Source: Ignavibacteriota bacterium
Lineage (GTDB): Bacteria > Bacteroidota > Ignavibacteria > UBA10030 > UBA6906
NCBI GenBank assembly: GCA_963748405.1
Contig: CAVVIT010000008.1
Coordinates: 34,018-98,017 of the forward strand
Direction of reading: 5' to 3'
Length of the DNA stretch: 64,000 bases
Every line of letters starts with the position of its first letter. Within the stretch, counting starts at the first letter, position 1. Made by a program: the position numbers and the translations under genes. The notes below the pieces were generated by a model. The model was not told where the DNA came from. It was given only the letters and a program-made list of their open reading frames with translations, and searched no databases. This document shows, piece by piece, positions 1 to 10,095 of the stretch.

Positions 1-1380
1 GACCGGCTGGATATCCACACGGAACGGGGAGAATTTACCTCGATCCGGGCCGTTGACGCCTCTCCCACAGACGCGGACGGATGCATTACAGAGGCCGGCC
101 CGTCAAAGCTCTCCCTTGCCCTCGATGAATATCTGCGGCATCGTACGGTAAAGGAGTCTTCCAAAGCGATGCGCAACGGAGACGATGCTGATCAGCGGGG
201 TGAATGGACGGAAGCCGCCCTTGTTCACTTCGGTCTGGCGATGTGTCTGGAGCGATTGGGGAATCTCGATGAGGCGGTTGAATCGGCGGAGAAGGCGATT
301 GCTTTGAACGGCAGCCTCACCGATGCGTATCGTCTCGCATCAGCTCTCCGCAGGGCCCGTTCGGAACGACATCTTGAACGGTCAGAAAAGATCGAGCGTC
401 AGAAGGGCACGGATCAATGCTCGGCGACCGCCACTACATCGACCAGGGATTGCGCCATGGCAAAATCAGCTAGATCAGTGAAGTCGCTCCGGCCGGGAAC
501 AGATGCGCCCCGGTGCGGATTATGCGGCAAAACGAAGAATCTCGTTCGGACCGAGTGCTGCGGGAACTGGATATGCGATGACGAGAGCACGTACGTGATG
601 TTTTCATATGCCTGCAACAGTTGCCACAGGAACCATAACCGTTATACGCTTTGCGCGCATCACCATATCGAAGGCCACGCGGGCGATTGGAAGACGTGCA
701 GGAAATGTCGCGCCGGATGCGAAACGGAAATGTATGTCTGGTATGGGACCAACGAATACAACTTTGAGAAGCTGGAAAGCCCTCCTTCATTCACGCCGAC
801 CCATTGTGCGAAATGCAGAGCCGTGATCAGCCTCGCCAACGATGGGTACTCCATCTCGGCAAAGGGGTATTTGTGCGACTCCTGCTCTCAGGGGGAAATG
901 GAAATGGCCCGCTCGAAGCGGGCGACTATGACCGATGGTCCCCGGGACAAGATCAAGAGCGGGAAACCAATGGTGGAGGAGGAATATGTTGACGTCCTCC
1001 GGGACCCGGAGATGGCGATTGTCGGACTTCACAAACGTCACGCTTCTCTTCTGGATCTGGAAGTTCTGGAAGCTCTTGAGGGGCTAATCAGGGTTTACGC
1101 GTGGGAGAAGGAGGGGCGCGGCGTGCCCTCCTCCAGGCTCTCTGATCGCCCGCATCTGGTTTTTGAGGCCTGCCGGAGGACGTGCGAATGCTGGCTCGGA
1201 CGCCAGCAATTTACTCCGGATGAGATTCGTGAGCGGGAGAATGTCGACAAAGCGGAGATCACGCTCCCCGAGTTATTCCTCTGTTTGAAACGAAATCGCT
1301 CTTCGGTCCGGCTCTGGAACAAGGAGGGGGGACGACAGGGGTACCTGAACTACGTTCGTCAGTTTCTTGATGCCGGGTGA
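1..1380 (+). CDS. TPR-like / cysteine-rich multi-zinc-ribbon protein (5' partial, frame open to window edge)
   Basis: ORF 169..1380, and the same frame has no stop back to nt 1. TPR-like helices (LGNLDEAVESAEKAIALN). Central block of many CxxC/CxxH pairs (CGLCGK, CCGNWIC, CNSCH, CRKCRAGC, CAKC, CDSC). Confidence 0.6.
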   Translation, partial: DRLDIHTERGEFTSIRAVDASPTDADGCITEAGPSKLSLALDEYLRHRTVKESSKAMRNGDDADQRGEWTEAALVHFGLAMCLERLGNLDEAVESAEKAIALNGSLTDAYRLASALRRARSERHLERSEKIERQKGTDQCSATATTSTRDCAMAKSARSVKSLRPGTDAPRCGLCGKTKNLVRTECCGNWICDDESTYVMFSYACNSCHRNHNRYTLCAHHHIEGHAGDWKTCRKCRAGCETEMYVWYGTNEYNFEKLESPPSFTPTHCAKCRAVISLANDGYSISAKGYLCDSCSQGEMEMARSKRATMTDGPRDKIKSGKPMVEEEYVDVLRDPEMAIVGLHKRHASLLDLEVLEALEGLIRVYAWEKEGRGVPSSRLSDRPHLVFEACRRTCECWLGRQQFTPDEIRERENVDKAEITLPELFLCLKRNRSSVRLWNKEGGRQGYLNYVRQFLDAG

Positions 1381-1648
1381 TGTTTCACCGACTTGCCGGG
1401 ACAAACGTCACCCTGGCAGCTGCCGCAAACGATACCACCTCTCAGCCGCCCGATACCTCATGCAGAAAGCCTCCTGCTCCATGGAGGGTCTCCGGACCTG
1501 GTCCTGCGACGTGTCCAATATTGTTGATTTTGTGGACACGTTTCTGTAACGTGTCCATGTCGTGTACACGTTCGGAAACGGCCCTTTCTCCTTACACGGG
1601 GGCCAAGCGTGAAGGAGAAACGTGGAAACTTCACCATCAGGGAGGTCA

Positions 1649-2734
1649 ATGGTGTTTGACCCGAAGGTCCCGTATAACGATCTGCCGCCGATTCCCCCGC
1701 ATGCGGAAATTGACACCAAGGCTGTGCTCAGGAAGGTCGCGGCTGCGGGTCGCTCCCTTGCTGAACTCAAGGGCCTGGGAGCGACGATCCCCAACCAGTC
1801 CATCCTGGTGAATTCTCTTGTGCTGAGGGAAGCGAAAGCAAGCTCTGAAATTGAGAACATCGTTACAACAAACGATGCGCTCTTCAGGGCATTGGCGGCA
1901 AATTCGTCGAACGTGGATCCGGCAACCAAAGAAGTGCTCCAATACCGGGCCGCGCTCTGGGAGGGATTCAATGAGCTGAAGAACCGAGGGCTCATGACAA
2001 CAAACCTCTTCATCAGGATGGTGCAGACGATCGTACAGAACCAGGCGGGCATTCGGGTACTTCCCGGTACGGTGATTCAAAACACGAAGACGGCTGAAGT
2101 CCTTTATACCCCCCCGCTGGGGGAAAGCGTAATTCGCGAGAAACTGAAAAATCTCGAAGAGTATATTCACGGAAACGACGAGACAGACCCGCTCATCAAG
2201 CTGGCGATAATTCACTATCAGTTTGAAGCAATCCATCCGTTCTCCGACGGCAACGGGCGCACCGGTCGAATCATTAACAGTCTGTTTCTCGTTCAGAAGG
2301 GACTTCTGGATCTGCCGGTGCTCTACTTGAGCAAGTACATCATTGAGAGCAAAGGGGATTACTATGCTCTCCTGCGGGCGGTAACGTCAAAAGGGGAATG
2401 GGAGAAATGGATCCTCTATATGCTCGACGGAATTGAGAACACGGCGGTAGAAACCCGCGAAAAGATAGTCTCAATCCGGAATCTGATCGATCGGACGATT
2501 GAATCAGGCAAGAAGAGACTGCCCTCCAGGGTCTATTCCAAAGAACTGATAGAGCTCCTGTTTAACCAGCCCTATACAAAAACGCAGACGATTGTCGATG
2601 CGGGTCTCGCCGAGCGGAAGACCGCCGCGGTGTACCTCAGGGAGCTGGAAAGGGCGGGGATACTTCGCAGCAAGAAATCGGGAAAGGAAGTGCTGTTCCT
2701 CAACGTAAAGCTGTTTCAGCTCCTGTCGAAGTGA
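1649..2734 (+). CDS. Fic family protein (class II, AMPylase-type) with C-terminal wHTH-like tail
   Basis: ATG at 1649 is preceded by GGAGG (1641-1645). Fic motif HPFSDGNGRTGR. Inhibitory-helix motif SSEIEN fits [ST]xxxE[GN]. N-terminus VPYNDLPPIPP is typical of the Fic_N region. Confidence 0.9.
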   Translation: MVFDPKVPYNDLPPIPPHAEIDTKAVLRKVAAAGRSLAELKGLGATIPNQSILVNSLVLREAKASSEIENIVTTNDALFRALAANSSNVDPATKEVLQYRAALWEGFNELKNRGLMTTNLFIRMVQTIVQNQAGIRVLPGTVIQNTKTAEVLYTPPLGESVIREKLKNLEEYIHGNDETDPLIKLAIIHYQFEAIHPFSDGNGRTGRIINSLFLVQKGLLDLPVLYLSKYIIESKGDYYALLRAVTSKGEWEKWILYMLDGIENTAVETREKIVSIRNLIDRTIESGKKRLPSRVYSKELIELLFNQPYTKTQTIVDAGLAERKTAAVYLRELERAGILRSKKSGKEVLFLNVKLFQLLSK

Positions 2735-2825
2735 AAGTCGTTTGACGCGTCCGGGGGGATTCGTGGGGATCATGTCACCGGCTCAACGTGCCGCCCGGGC
2801 GATCAAGTTGAACTTGAATTCGTTT

Positions 2826-3704
2826 TCACTCCCCTGCGAGACGTCTCCAGGCGGCCGCCGAGGCGGCGGAATAGATCTGAGTCAATGCCGGGAGAAACTG
2901 CTCCGCGCCCCTCCAGAATCGGAACGGGCCCAGTTGCCTGGGGAGGGCGGCCGCGACCCGCGGGATCGTTGTCCCGGGCATGGTCTCGGCCTGCTGTGTC
3001 GGGGCAGTCCAGAACTTGCCGGGATCCGCCGGGAGCTGTTCGACAGGGCCCGGGGTTCGCCTCGCCCGCTGCGTGCCCCCGGCGCGTTCGCGGACCAATG
3101 TTCCTCCCCCCGCGGATCGAATCTGGGACAGGAGTTTGTCCCTTTCAATCCCCCGCATCCTGAATATGAGGAAGGGGTCGTTGTCGAATGCCTCCCCCAG
3201 AAGATAGTACACAGCGGCGATGTGCTTGCAGGGGTTTGACCAGTCCGGGCAGCTGCACTCGGTCTTCAGATCGCCGCGTTCCTTCGGGAAGAGTGTGCCT
3301 CCCGTTCCTCTGAACGCCTCCTCGATATTCGCGGGCATTTCGCCCCGCAGGAGCTGGGCGGCGAACATCACCTTCGTCGCAAGAGTCTTAGCGAGGGCTT
3401 TGGAAGTCCGGAGGGACAACGTCTTCACGCGGATTGCGACATCGTAGGGACGCCGTCGGGATCCCTGCACCTTCGCCCGGATGATTCCCGGTTCTATCTC
3501 GATCGAAAGCACCTGTCCCGATCTGGCATACTTCCGTCCCCGGCTCAGCCGCGCGCCGATGTCGAACCCCTCAAGCACCTGGATCCAGCGCCTCCCCCAC
3601 CAGCTTTTTCCGAATTGACCGCGCGATGTCTGCGCGATGATTCCCCCTTTGGCCCTGCGGGGAACGGATGGCCGGTAGTAGTTGTCGTCGTAATACCAGC
3701 TCAT
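2826..3704 (-). CDS. SWIM zinc-finger protein
   Basis: CSCPDWSNPCKH matches the CxCxnCxH SWIM signature. Its ATG overlaps the stop of the upstream SNF2 gene (ATGA at 3701-3704). Confidence 0.85.
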   Translation of the reverse strand: MSWYYDDNYYRPSVPRRAKGGIIAQTSRGQFGKSWWGRRWIQVLEGFDIGARLSRGRKYARSGQVLSIEIEPGIIRAKVQGSRRRPYDVAIRVKTLSLRTSKALAKTLATKVMFAAQLLRGEMPANIEEAFRGTGGTLFPKERGDLKTECSCPDWSNPCKHIAAVYYLLGEAFDNDPFLIFRMRGIERDKLLSQIRSAGGGTLVRERAGGTQRARRTPGPVEQLPADPGKFWTAPTQQAETMPGTTIPRVAAALPRQLGPFRFWRGAEQFLPALTQIYSAASAAAWRRLAGE

Positions 3705-6700
3705 ACGTCCTCCACCGTTTCGGTCTTCAGCGTCAGGAGATCCCTCAGCTCGTCATTGGAGAGCTCGGTCAGCCATCCCTCGCCGGAGCCCACCACCTTC
3801 TCGGCGATTCCCTTCTTGCGTTCGATCATTTCGTCGATCTTCTCTTCGAGTGTCCCGGCGCAGACGAATTTGTGCACCTGCACGTTCTTGTTCTGTCCGA
3901 TCCGGTAAGCGCGGTCGGTGGCCTGCTGCTCGACGGCGGGGTTCCACCAGCGGTCGAAGTGAAATACGTGGTTTGCCCCCGTGAGGTTGAGCCCGGTCCC
4001 CCCCGCCTTCAGGGAAAGCACGAACACGGGAGCCCCCTGGCCGTCGGACTGGAACTGTTCCACCATGTCATCCCTGCGTTTCCGCGGAGTCCCCCCGTGA
4101 AGGAAAAGGACCTCGCGCCCGAACGTCTCCTGGAGGTGGGCTTTGAGGATCGCGCCCATCTCGGCGAATTGCGTGAAGACCAGGGCCCTGTCGCGCGTCG
4201 CGATCACCTCCTCGATCATTTCCGTGAGCCGGGCGACTTTTCCGGACCGCCCGGGGATCATCGAGTTGTCCCCGAGAAAATGCGCCGGGTGATTGCACAC
4301 CTGCTTCAACTTCGAGAGCGTGGCGAGTATGATCCCTCTCCGCTTGATCCCGTCCGCCGCCTGCAGCTCCTCTTCCACCACTTTGAGCACGGACTGGTAC
4401 AGCGATGCCTGTTCGCGGGTCAGGGAACAGAAGACCTTCATTTCCATCTTCTCGGGAAGATCGGAAATGATCGACCGGTCGGTCTTGAGCCGGCGGAGGA
4501 TGAACGGACCGGTGATGCGCTTCAACCTGTCGATGGTGTCGCCGTCCTGCCCCGTCTGTATCGGCAGAAAGAACGTGCGTTTGAAATCGGCCTTCGTTCC
4601 GAGCAGCCCCGGGTTGAGGAACTGGAAGAGTGACCAGAGATCGCCGACGTGGTTTTCCACTGGTGTGCCGCTTAACGCAATGCGATAGCCCCCCTGCAGC
4701 TGGAATGCCGCCCGGGATTGCTTTGCTTCCGGGTTCTTGATGTTCTGGGCCTCATCGAGGACGACTCCCGCCCAGCGAACGCCCTGGAGGTACTCGAGGT
4801 CCCTCTGAAGGAGACCGTACGTTGAGATGACCAGGGCGGCGTTCTCCGCCTCGCGCCTGAGCGCGGCCCCCCGTCTTCGGCCGGTACCGTGATGCACCAT
4901 GACAGGAAGGTCCGGCGTGAACCGCGCGGCCTCTTTGCTCCAGTTGTTGACGACCGAGGTGGGGCACACGATGAGCACGGGGAGGCGTTCCCCGGATTCC
5001 CGGTCCCTTTGAACCAGCGCCAGCACCTGGATGGTCTTGCCGAGGCCCATGTCGTCGGCGAGGCACGCGCCGAACCCCCACTGGCGCAGGAATGCCAGCC
5101 ACGAATACCCCCGGAGCTGGTACGGTCTCAGGGCTCCCGATAGCCTCTCCGGAGCTCGAAGCTCTTCAAACGTCTCATGGTTCCTGAGCTTCCTGAGAAG
5201 GGCGCCGATCCACCCCGTGGCGGCGATTTCCGCAACGGGGAGGCCGGCGATCTGACCGGTGCCCGTGAGATCCATGCGGATGATCTCTCCCACGGTCATC
5301 GGGGACCTCTTCGCCGAATCCCAGTTTTCGACCGCCTTCCTCAGTTCATCGGGATGTGCTTCCACCCATTGGCCGCGCAGCTTCACCAGCGGCGCTTTCA
5401 GCCTGGCCAGATCATGGAGCTCCTTCCTCGAGAGCGACGTGTCCCCCAGGGCGATTTCCCACCGAAAGTCGGCGATCGCATCGAACGAGAAGCCCCCCTG
5501 TGCCTGCATTGCGGGTGATGTGACCTTCCCGCGGGCGACAAGACGGAGTTTCGTTCCTTTCTGGCTCCACCAGCCCGGGAGCATCACGCCGTACCCGGCC
5601 TGCTCCAGCGCGACCGCCGTCCCCGCGAGGAATTGATACGCTTCTTCCGTCGTAAGCGTGCATCCCGTGGGCGCCCGTTTCTTCAGGCTCTTCTCTATCT
5701 GGGGGGAAAGCGTTGCCGCGTGTGCCAGGGAGGACAGCGCATAGCTTTTCGTTCCGGGTCCCAGGTGGTTGAGAGACCCCGAACCGGTTGCGCGGGCGTT
5801 CCAGACCCGGTCAAGCGGGAAGAGGAGACTTCTGTCTTCGAGAGACTGAACAAGGTATCCGAGATGCCAGTCTTCCCGCCGCGCGCCTTCGGGCTCCGAC
5901 AGCCGGAAGCAAAGGCGGTAATTCGCATCCTGGACGACATCTACCGGGCTCCGCCAGTCGGCGATTTCTTTTTCGAGTTGAGTGCACTCGCCTCCGTCCA
6001 GGTTCATCGCCCCGTCAGGAGCTTTGAGTGCGCGGAGCCACGCGTCATGAACGGTATTGAAATTCGATGCGCCCGCACCGCTGGCGGCCCATTCCGCATC
6101 GTGCAATTGCGGTCCTGCCGATGATCCCGTCCGTACGAGATGATCCACGAATCCGGCGAGGATCCTCTGGAGCGCGCTCCTGCGGTCCACACGGGTCCCT
6201 GCGCCGGAGGGATCTCCTGAAAGCGCGAGGACGGATGGCGGCATCGACCGGGCAAGTGATGCCGCGTACGCGGCATCCTGTCCCACAAGGACCGGTGCCC
6301 AGGTTGCAGTGCGCTCCTCCTTCGTATGACGGATGCCCGGAAGGAACTGCTGCCTGACGGTGAGTGACTCCGCAAACCGGAATGCGCGCAGGCAGAACAG
6401 GAGGTCTTCGCCGGCGATCGCCCCCGGTGCCAGCACGTTGTCCTCGCCGCACGAAGCGAACAACCCGGCGGCCTCTCCCCAGGAGAGGATGTACACCGGA
6501 ACGTTCCACGGGCTGAGGACGAATTGTTCCCCGGTGTCCGGTATCTGCCCGAGGAGAGGCGATGATGCGGAAGGCATGCGTCCCCTGGAGGGGAGCACGG
6601 CGGTGAAGAGCTTCACTCTCTTTCTGACGGGCGTGAATCCGATCGTTTCCCCGTCAAGCGCGGTCAGATTGCGGGCGGACCCCGCAAAAGGGTGCAAAGG

Positions 6701-6817
6701 GGGATTGTTCTTTGCCTCCCGCTTTGATTTGCGGACGCTGCGGGCGGCCGGCTCTACCGGTACTTCTCCCCAGAGGGCGAGCTCGTTGCCGAGAACCGAA
6801 ACGTGGAGAATGATCAT
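3701..6817 (-). CDS. SNF2-family DEAD/DEAH-box helicase
   Basis: Motif I ADDMGLGKT, motif II DEAQNIKN, motif III LSGTPVEN. Helicase-C block LSLKAGGTGLNLTGANHVFHFDRWWNPAVEQQATDRAYRIGQ. Long N-terminal SNF2-associated region. Confidence 0.9.
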   Translation of the reverse strand: MIILHVSVLGNELALWGEVPVEPAARSVRKSKREAKNNPPLHPFAGSARNLTALDGETIGFTPVRKRVKLFTAVLPSRGRMPSASSPLLGQIPDTGEQFVLSPWNVPVYILSWGEAAGLFASCGEDNVLAPGAIAGEDLLFCLRAFRFAESLTVRQQFLPGIRHTKEERTATWAPVLVGQDAAYAASLARSMPPSVLALSGDPSGAGTRVDRRSALQRILAGFVDHLVRTGSSAGPQLHDAEWAASGAGASNFNTVHDAWLRALKAPDGAMNLDGGECTQLEKEIADWRSPVDVVQDANYRLCFRLSEPEGARREDWHLGYLVQSLEDRSLLFPLDRVWNARATGSGSLNHLGPGTKSYALSSLAHAATLSPQIEKSLKKRAPTGCTLTTEEAYQFLAGTAVALEQAGYGVMLPGWWSQKGTKLRLVARGKVTSPAMQAQGGFSFDAIADFRWEIALGDTSLSRKELHDLARLKAPLVKLRGQWVEAHPDELRKAVENWDSAKRSPMTVGEIIRMDLTGTGQIAGLPVAEIAATGWIGALLRKLRNHETFEELRAPERLSGALRPYQLRGYSWLAFLRQWGFGACLADDMGLGKTIQVLALVQRDRESGERLPVLIVCPTSVVNNWSKEAARFTPDLPVMVHHGTGRRRGAALRREAENAALVISTYGLLQRDLEYLQGVRWAGVVLDEAQNIKNPEAKQSRAAFQLQGGYRIALSGTPVENHVGDLWSLFQFLNPGLLGTKADFKRTFFLPIQTGQDGDTIDRLKRITGPFILRRLKTDRSIISDLPEKMEMKVFCSLTREQASLYQSVLKVVEEELQAADGIKRRGIILATLSKLKQVCNHPAHFLGDNSMIPGRSGKVARLTEMIEEVIATRDRALVFTQFAEMGAILKAHLQETFGREVLFLHGGTPRKRRDDMVEQFQSDGQGAPVFVLSLKAGGTGLNLTGANHVFHFDRWWNPAVEQQATDRAYRIGQNKNVQVHKFVCAGTLEEKIDEMIERKKGIAEKVVGSGEGWLTELSNDELRDLLTLKTETVEDV

Positions 6818-7000
6818 GAGAAGTCAGTTATTCCAGCTGGTGGACATTCTGTCGGCAGGACAGGAAAGAAGATAACTACTTTGACCTACAAAAACGTCAA
6901 ACGGGGACCGGATTGCGGTGTATGGAAGGACTCCAGGTCAATCTTCCTAAGAGGTCTATTCGATTAGCGGTGGCGGCGAAATCTCTTCTCTTATGTCAAT

Positions 7001-9976
7001 TCAGTGCACAGGCATACTCAGCTGTTTCATCCTCCCCCTCGCATCCGCCATCTCCGGCCATTCCTTCTCGGCGTCTTTCCACGTCTCGAGAAACGTTTCA
7101 TACTCCTTGATTGCTTTCGCATTCTCCCCCTGTTGCTCATATGCGACCCCGAGCCAGTAGTGTGCCTTGACGGCCCCGATGGGCCAGTACATGTACGTTG
7201 TGAGACCGAAAAGACTGATCGGAGGATATGATATTGGACTCATCCAGGTCATCCGTTGAAACTCCTGTATCGCGTCGGCTGTCCGGCCGGTCTTCAAAAG
7301 TGCCACGGCGTAGAAGTACTGCGGCATATGATTGGGGAATTCCTGCTGCATTGTCGCCGCGAAATGGGTCAGAGCGTCCTCGAACTTCCCCTGTTCAAAT
7401 GCAAGGAGGCCGGCGAGATACCCGGTTGTCCGGTGCGCATTCGGGAACTCTTCCGCCTTTATCGTTGCAGCCTCGCTGCAGAGGTGCAATGAGCGCTCAG
7501 TCTCTCCGCTTTTCATAAGCGCCCACGCCACGAAATCGCGCCCGTAAAGAACATTGGAGGGACTCCTGTGTAATTGCTGCGAATACTCGGAGGCGACCTT
7601 CATCATCGTGGCGTAGTCACCCATCTCATATGAGATGTTGATAACGGCCTCATAGATCAGGCCAATCTGTTCGGCTCGGAAACTCTCAATTTCCTTCGAA
7701 GAAAGCAGCCCGGTGAGGCCATCCCGCGCTTCGGCAAACCTGCCGCGATGACCGGGAATCAGGTTACGGGATGCCATGGCCTCGATCTTCTGCAGCGGAT
7801 CGGACGTCGATCCCAATCTCCCGAAATACTCCGCAGACGTTGCATAGTCCCCGCGAAGGAGGGCAATCTGACCCACGGCCAGGCAGGAGGTAAAGTCAGC
7901 TCTCTGAGCGATCGCGCGCTTGAACCAGTAGATCGCAGAATCGGGCTCACCGGCCATGAGGAAGATCTCCCCTTTGCTGTCGTAGGGGTTTGGTTCGGCG
8001 GGTGCGAGCGCAATGTAGCGGTCGGCGGTGTGCAGCGCCTCCGTTGTCTGGCCCAGTGCCGTCTGCAGGTACGCCTGGAAATTCAGAAGGAATTTGTCCT
8101 GCGGGTTTGCCGCAAGCACACGGTCCAGAACGCCTCTCGCATGATCAAAATCCCTCTGGTTGACATAGATGTCGTGAAGGTCCACCGCAGCGAGCGTTTC
8201 GTGGGGATACCGTTGTACGAATTGTTCCAGGATCCCTGCGGCCTTTGGATAGTCGTGCAGGACGGTGGAAACGTATGACGCCTCAATCTGCAGCCGCTCC
8301 CGTTCAGCCACCCGATCCTTAAGCGCCCATGCCTTCTCAAGTGATTCTCTCGCTCCGGTCCCGTCACCCGTGCTCATCTTCACCGCGGTAAGCTCGAAGT
8401 ATGCCATGGCGAAATTCTGGTCCAGCTCGATTGCCCTCTCCAGCGCCGCCTCCGCCTCGGGAAAGTAGTATTTGATTTCAAGTTCGAGTCCTTCCACGTA
8501 CGAACGGTATGCTTCGGGAGATGTGGTCGTCACTTCGGCGACGGACTTCTCGCCGGCGACCCCCGGGGTCCCCACCTTCAAATCTTCCTGCACAAGGGCG
8601 GAGAGACTGTCGACAAGGGCGAAGATTCGCTCCCCCGAATATCCGGTAAGCCGTTGAGACGCGATGATCTTCCCGCTCTGCACATCGATGAGGCGAGCGG
8701 TAACCGCAAGGGAGGGGGATTCCTGAATGACGCTCCCGAGCAGCATGGTCCTCACGCCGGCGCGCTGGGCTATCTGTGTCGCAAGAGAGGGGGTGATGGA
8801 TTTGGCCTCGCCGTGCCCGAGGTCCTTTTGAATGTCGTAGAGACGTTCCCTGCTGATCACGTCAAGCCCCCTGGCCTGTGAGAGGGAAGTGATCAGGAGA
8901 TTTACGAGCATCTCCCCGTTGTGATCCTTGTCCTCCGGGTCGGGAATGTTCTCAAAGTACATCACAGCGACCGAGTTCTGTCCGCTTGCCAGGCCTTTTT
9001 GAGGACCGATCTGCAGGTTAAAGGGATTGAATATGACCATAAGGACTGCCACCCCCACAACCGCGCAGGCGGCAATTGCATATCTGAGAATTCGTGACGT
9101 TCCCGCCCGGGGCTTTGCCGGCACGGAAGAGGCTGCCGGCATGAGGCCTGATTTCACGTATTCGAGTGCTTTCCTCTCGTGACGAAGGTCGGCAAGAAGA
9201 TCATCTGCATGCTGATAGCGCTCGTCCCGGTCCTTGGCAAGCGCTTTTGACACAATCTTCTCGAGCCGCGGAGAAACCCGGTTATTGAATCGTGCAATCA
9301 GCTGGGGGTCCTCGTTGATAATGGAGTAGATGATCGCTGACTGGTGTTCGCCGCGGAACGGCAGCTGGCCTGTCAGGAGTTCGTACAGGACTATCCCGAG
9401 CGAGAAAAGGTCGCTCCGGCGGTCGATCTCCTCCCCCTGCGCCTGCTCGGGCGACATGTAGGATGCCGTGCCGAGTGTTGAGCCCGCCCGCGTCAGTTTG
9501 CTTGCCCCTTTCAGCTTGGCCAGTCCGAAATCCATGATCTTCGCCTGGCCGCGCGGCGTGAGCATGATGTTGTCGGATTTGATATCCCGGTGGACAATCC
9601 CCTTCTCGTGCGCCATAGCAAGGCCTTCGCAGACCTGTATGCCGATGTCGAGCACACCTCTGATCGAAAGCTGCTCAGATTCGACGATCTGTCGAAGCGT
9701 TCTTCCCTCGCAATACTCCATCGCGATGAACATGTTCCCTTCGACTTCATCGATTTCATAGATCGTCGTGATGTTGGGATGATTGAGTGCGGAGGCGGCT
9801 CTCGCCTCGTGCACAAAGCGCTCTTTCTCCAGCGGGTCCGAAGTCAAGTGTTGAGGGAGGAACTTCAGCGCGACCGGCCGGTCGAGCTTCATGTCCTGTG
9901 CTTTGTACACGACGCCCATCCCCCCTTCGCCGAGCTTCTCGAGGATCTTGTAGTGGGAAATCGTCTGGCCGATCAT
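7001..9976 (-). CDS. Ser/Thr protein kinase with TM segment, TolB_N-like periplasmic module and TPR repeats
   Basis: Start placed at MIGQTISHYKILEKLGEGGMGVVYKA (ATG 9974-9976), by homology with the paralog at 12079..14394. Motifs HRDIKSDNIM, DFG, SPE. TM segment AIAACAVVGVAVLMVIF. C-terminal TPR-like repeats. Confidence 0.9.
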   Translation of the reverse strand: MIGQTISHYKILEKLGEGGMGVVYKAQDMKLDRPVALKFLPQHLTSDPLEKERFVHEARAASALNHPNITTIYEIDEVEGNMFIAMEYCEGRTLRQIVESEQLSIRGVLDIGIQVCEGLAMAHEKGIVHRDIKSDNIMLTPRGQAKIMDFGLAKLKGASKLTRAGSTLGTASYMSPEQAQGEEIDRRSDLFSLGIVLYELLTGQLPFRGEHQSAIIYSIINEDPQLIARFNNRVSPRLEKIVSKALAKDRDERYQHADDLLADLRHERKALEYVKSGLMPAASSVPAKPRAGTSRILRYAIAACAVVGVAVLMVIFNPFNLQIGPQKGLASGQNSVAVMYFENIPDPEDKDHNGEMLVNLLITSLSQARGLDVISRERLYDIQKDLGHGEAKSITPSLATQIAQRAGVRTMLLGSVIQESPSLAVTARLIDVQSGKIIASQRLTGYSGERIFALVDSLSALVQEDLKVGTPGVAGEKSVAEVTTTSPEAYRSYVEGLELEIKYYFPEAEAALERAIELDQNFAMAYFELTAVKMSTGDGTGARESLEKAWALKDRVAERERLQIEASYVSTVLHDYPKAAGILEQFVQRYPHETLAAVDLHDIYVNQRDFDHARGVLDRVLAANPQDKFLLNFQAYLQTALGQTTEALHTADRYIALAPAEPNPYDSKGEIFLMAGEPDSAIYWFKRAIAQRADFTSCLAVGQIALLRGDYATSAEYFGRLGSTSDPLQKIEAMASRNLIPGHRGRFAEARDGLTGLLSSKEIESFRAEQIGLIYEAVINISYEMGDYATMMKVASEYSQQLHRSPSNVLYGRDFVAWALMKSGETERSLHLCSEAATIKAEEFPNAHRTTGYLAGLLAFEQGKFEDALTHFAATMQQEFPNHMPQYFYAVALLKTGRTADAIQEFQRMTWMSPISYPPISLFGLTTYMYWPIGAVKAHYWLGVAYEQQGENAKAIKEYETFLETWKDAEKEWPEMADARGRMKQLSMPVH

Positions 9977-10095
9977 TGAGCACCTGTACTGGTGAGAATA
10001 TCGCCTGGCAGTGATCTGAGAAAAGCCCTGACGTTGACGGGAGTTACCAGAGGCCACCCGGTGCTGCACTGCGAGTACGGAGATATACCTCCATG

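Noticed and set aside
1649-6817. Treating Fic + SWIM + SNF2 as one three-gene defence system.
   Set aside because: Fic is on the opposite strand and convergent with the SNF2/SWIM operon (stops at 2734 and 2826). No nuclease, methylase or mobile-element context supports a defence island. They are kept as separate, lower-interest observations.
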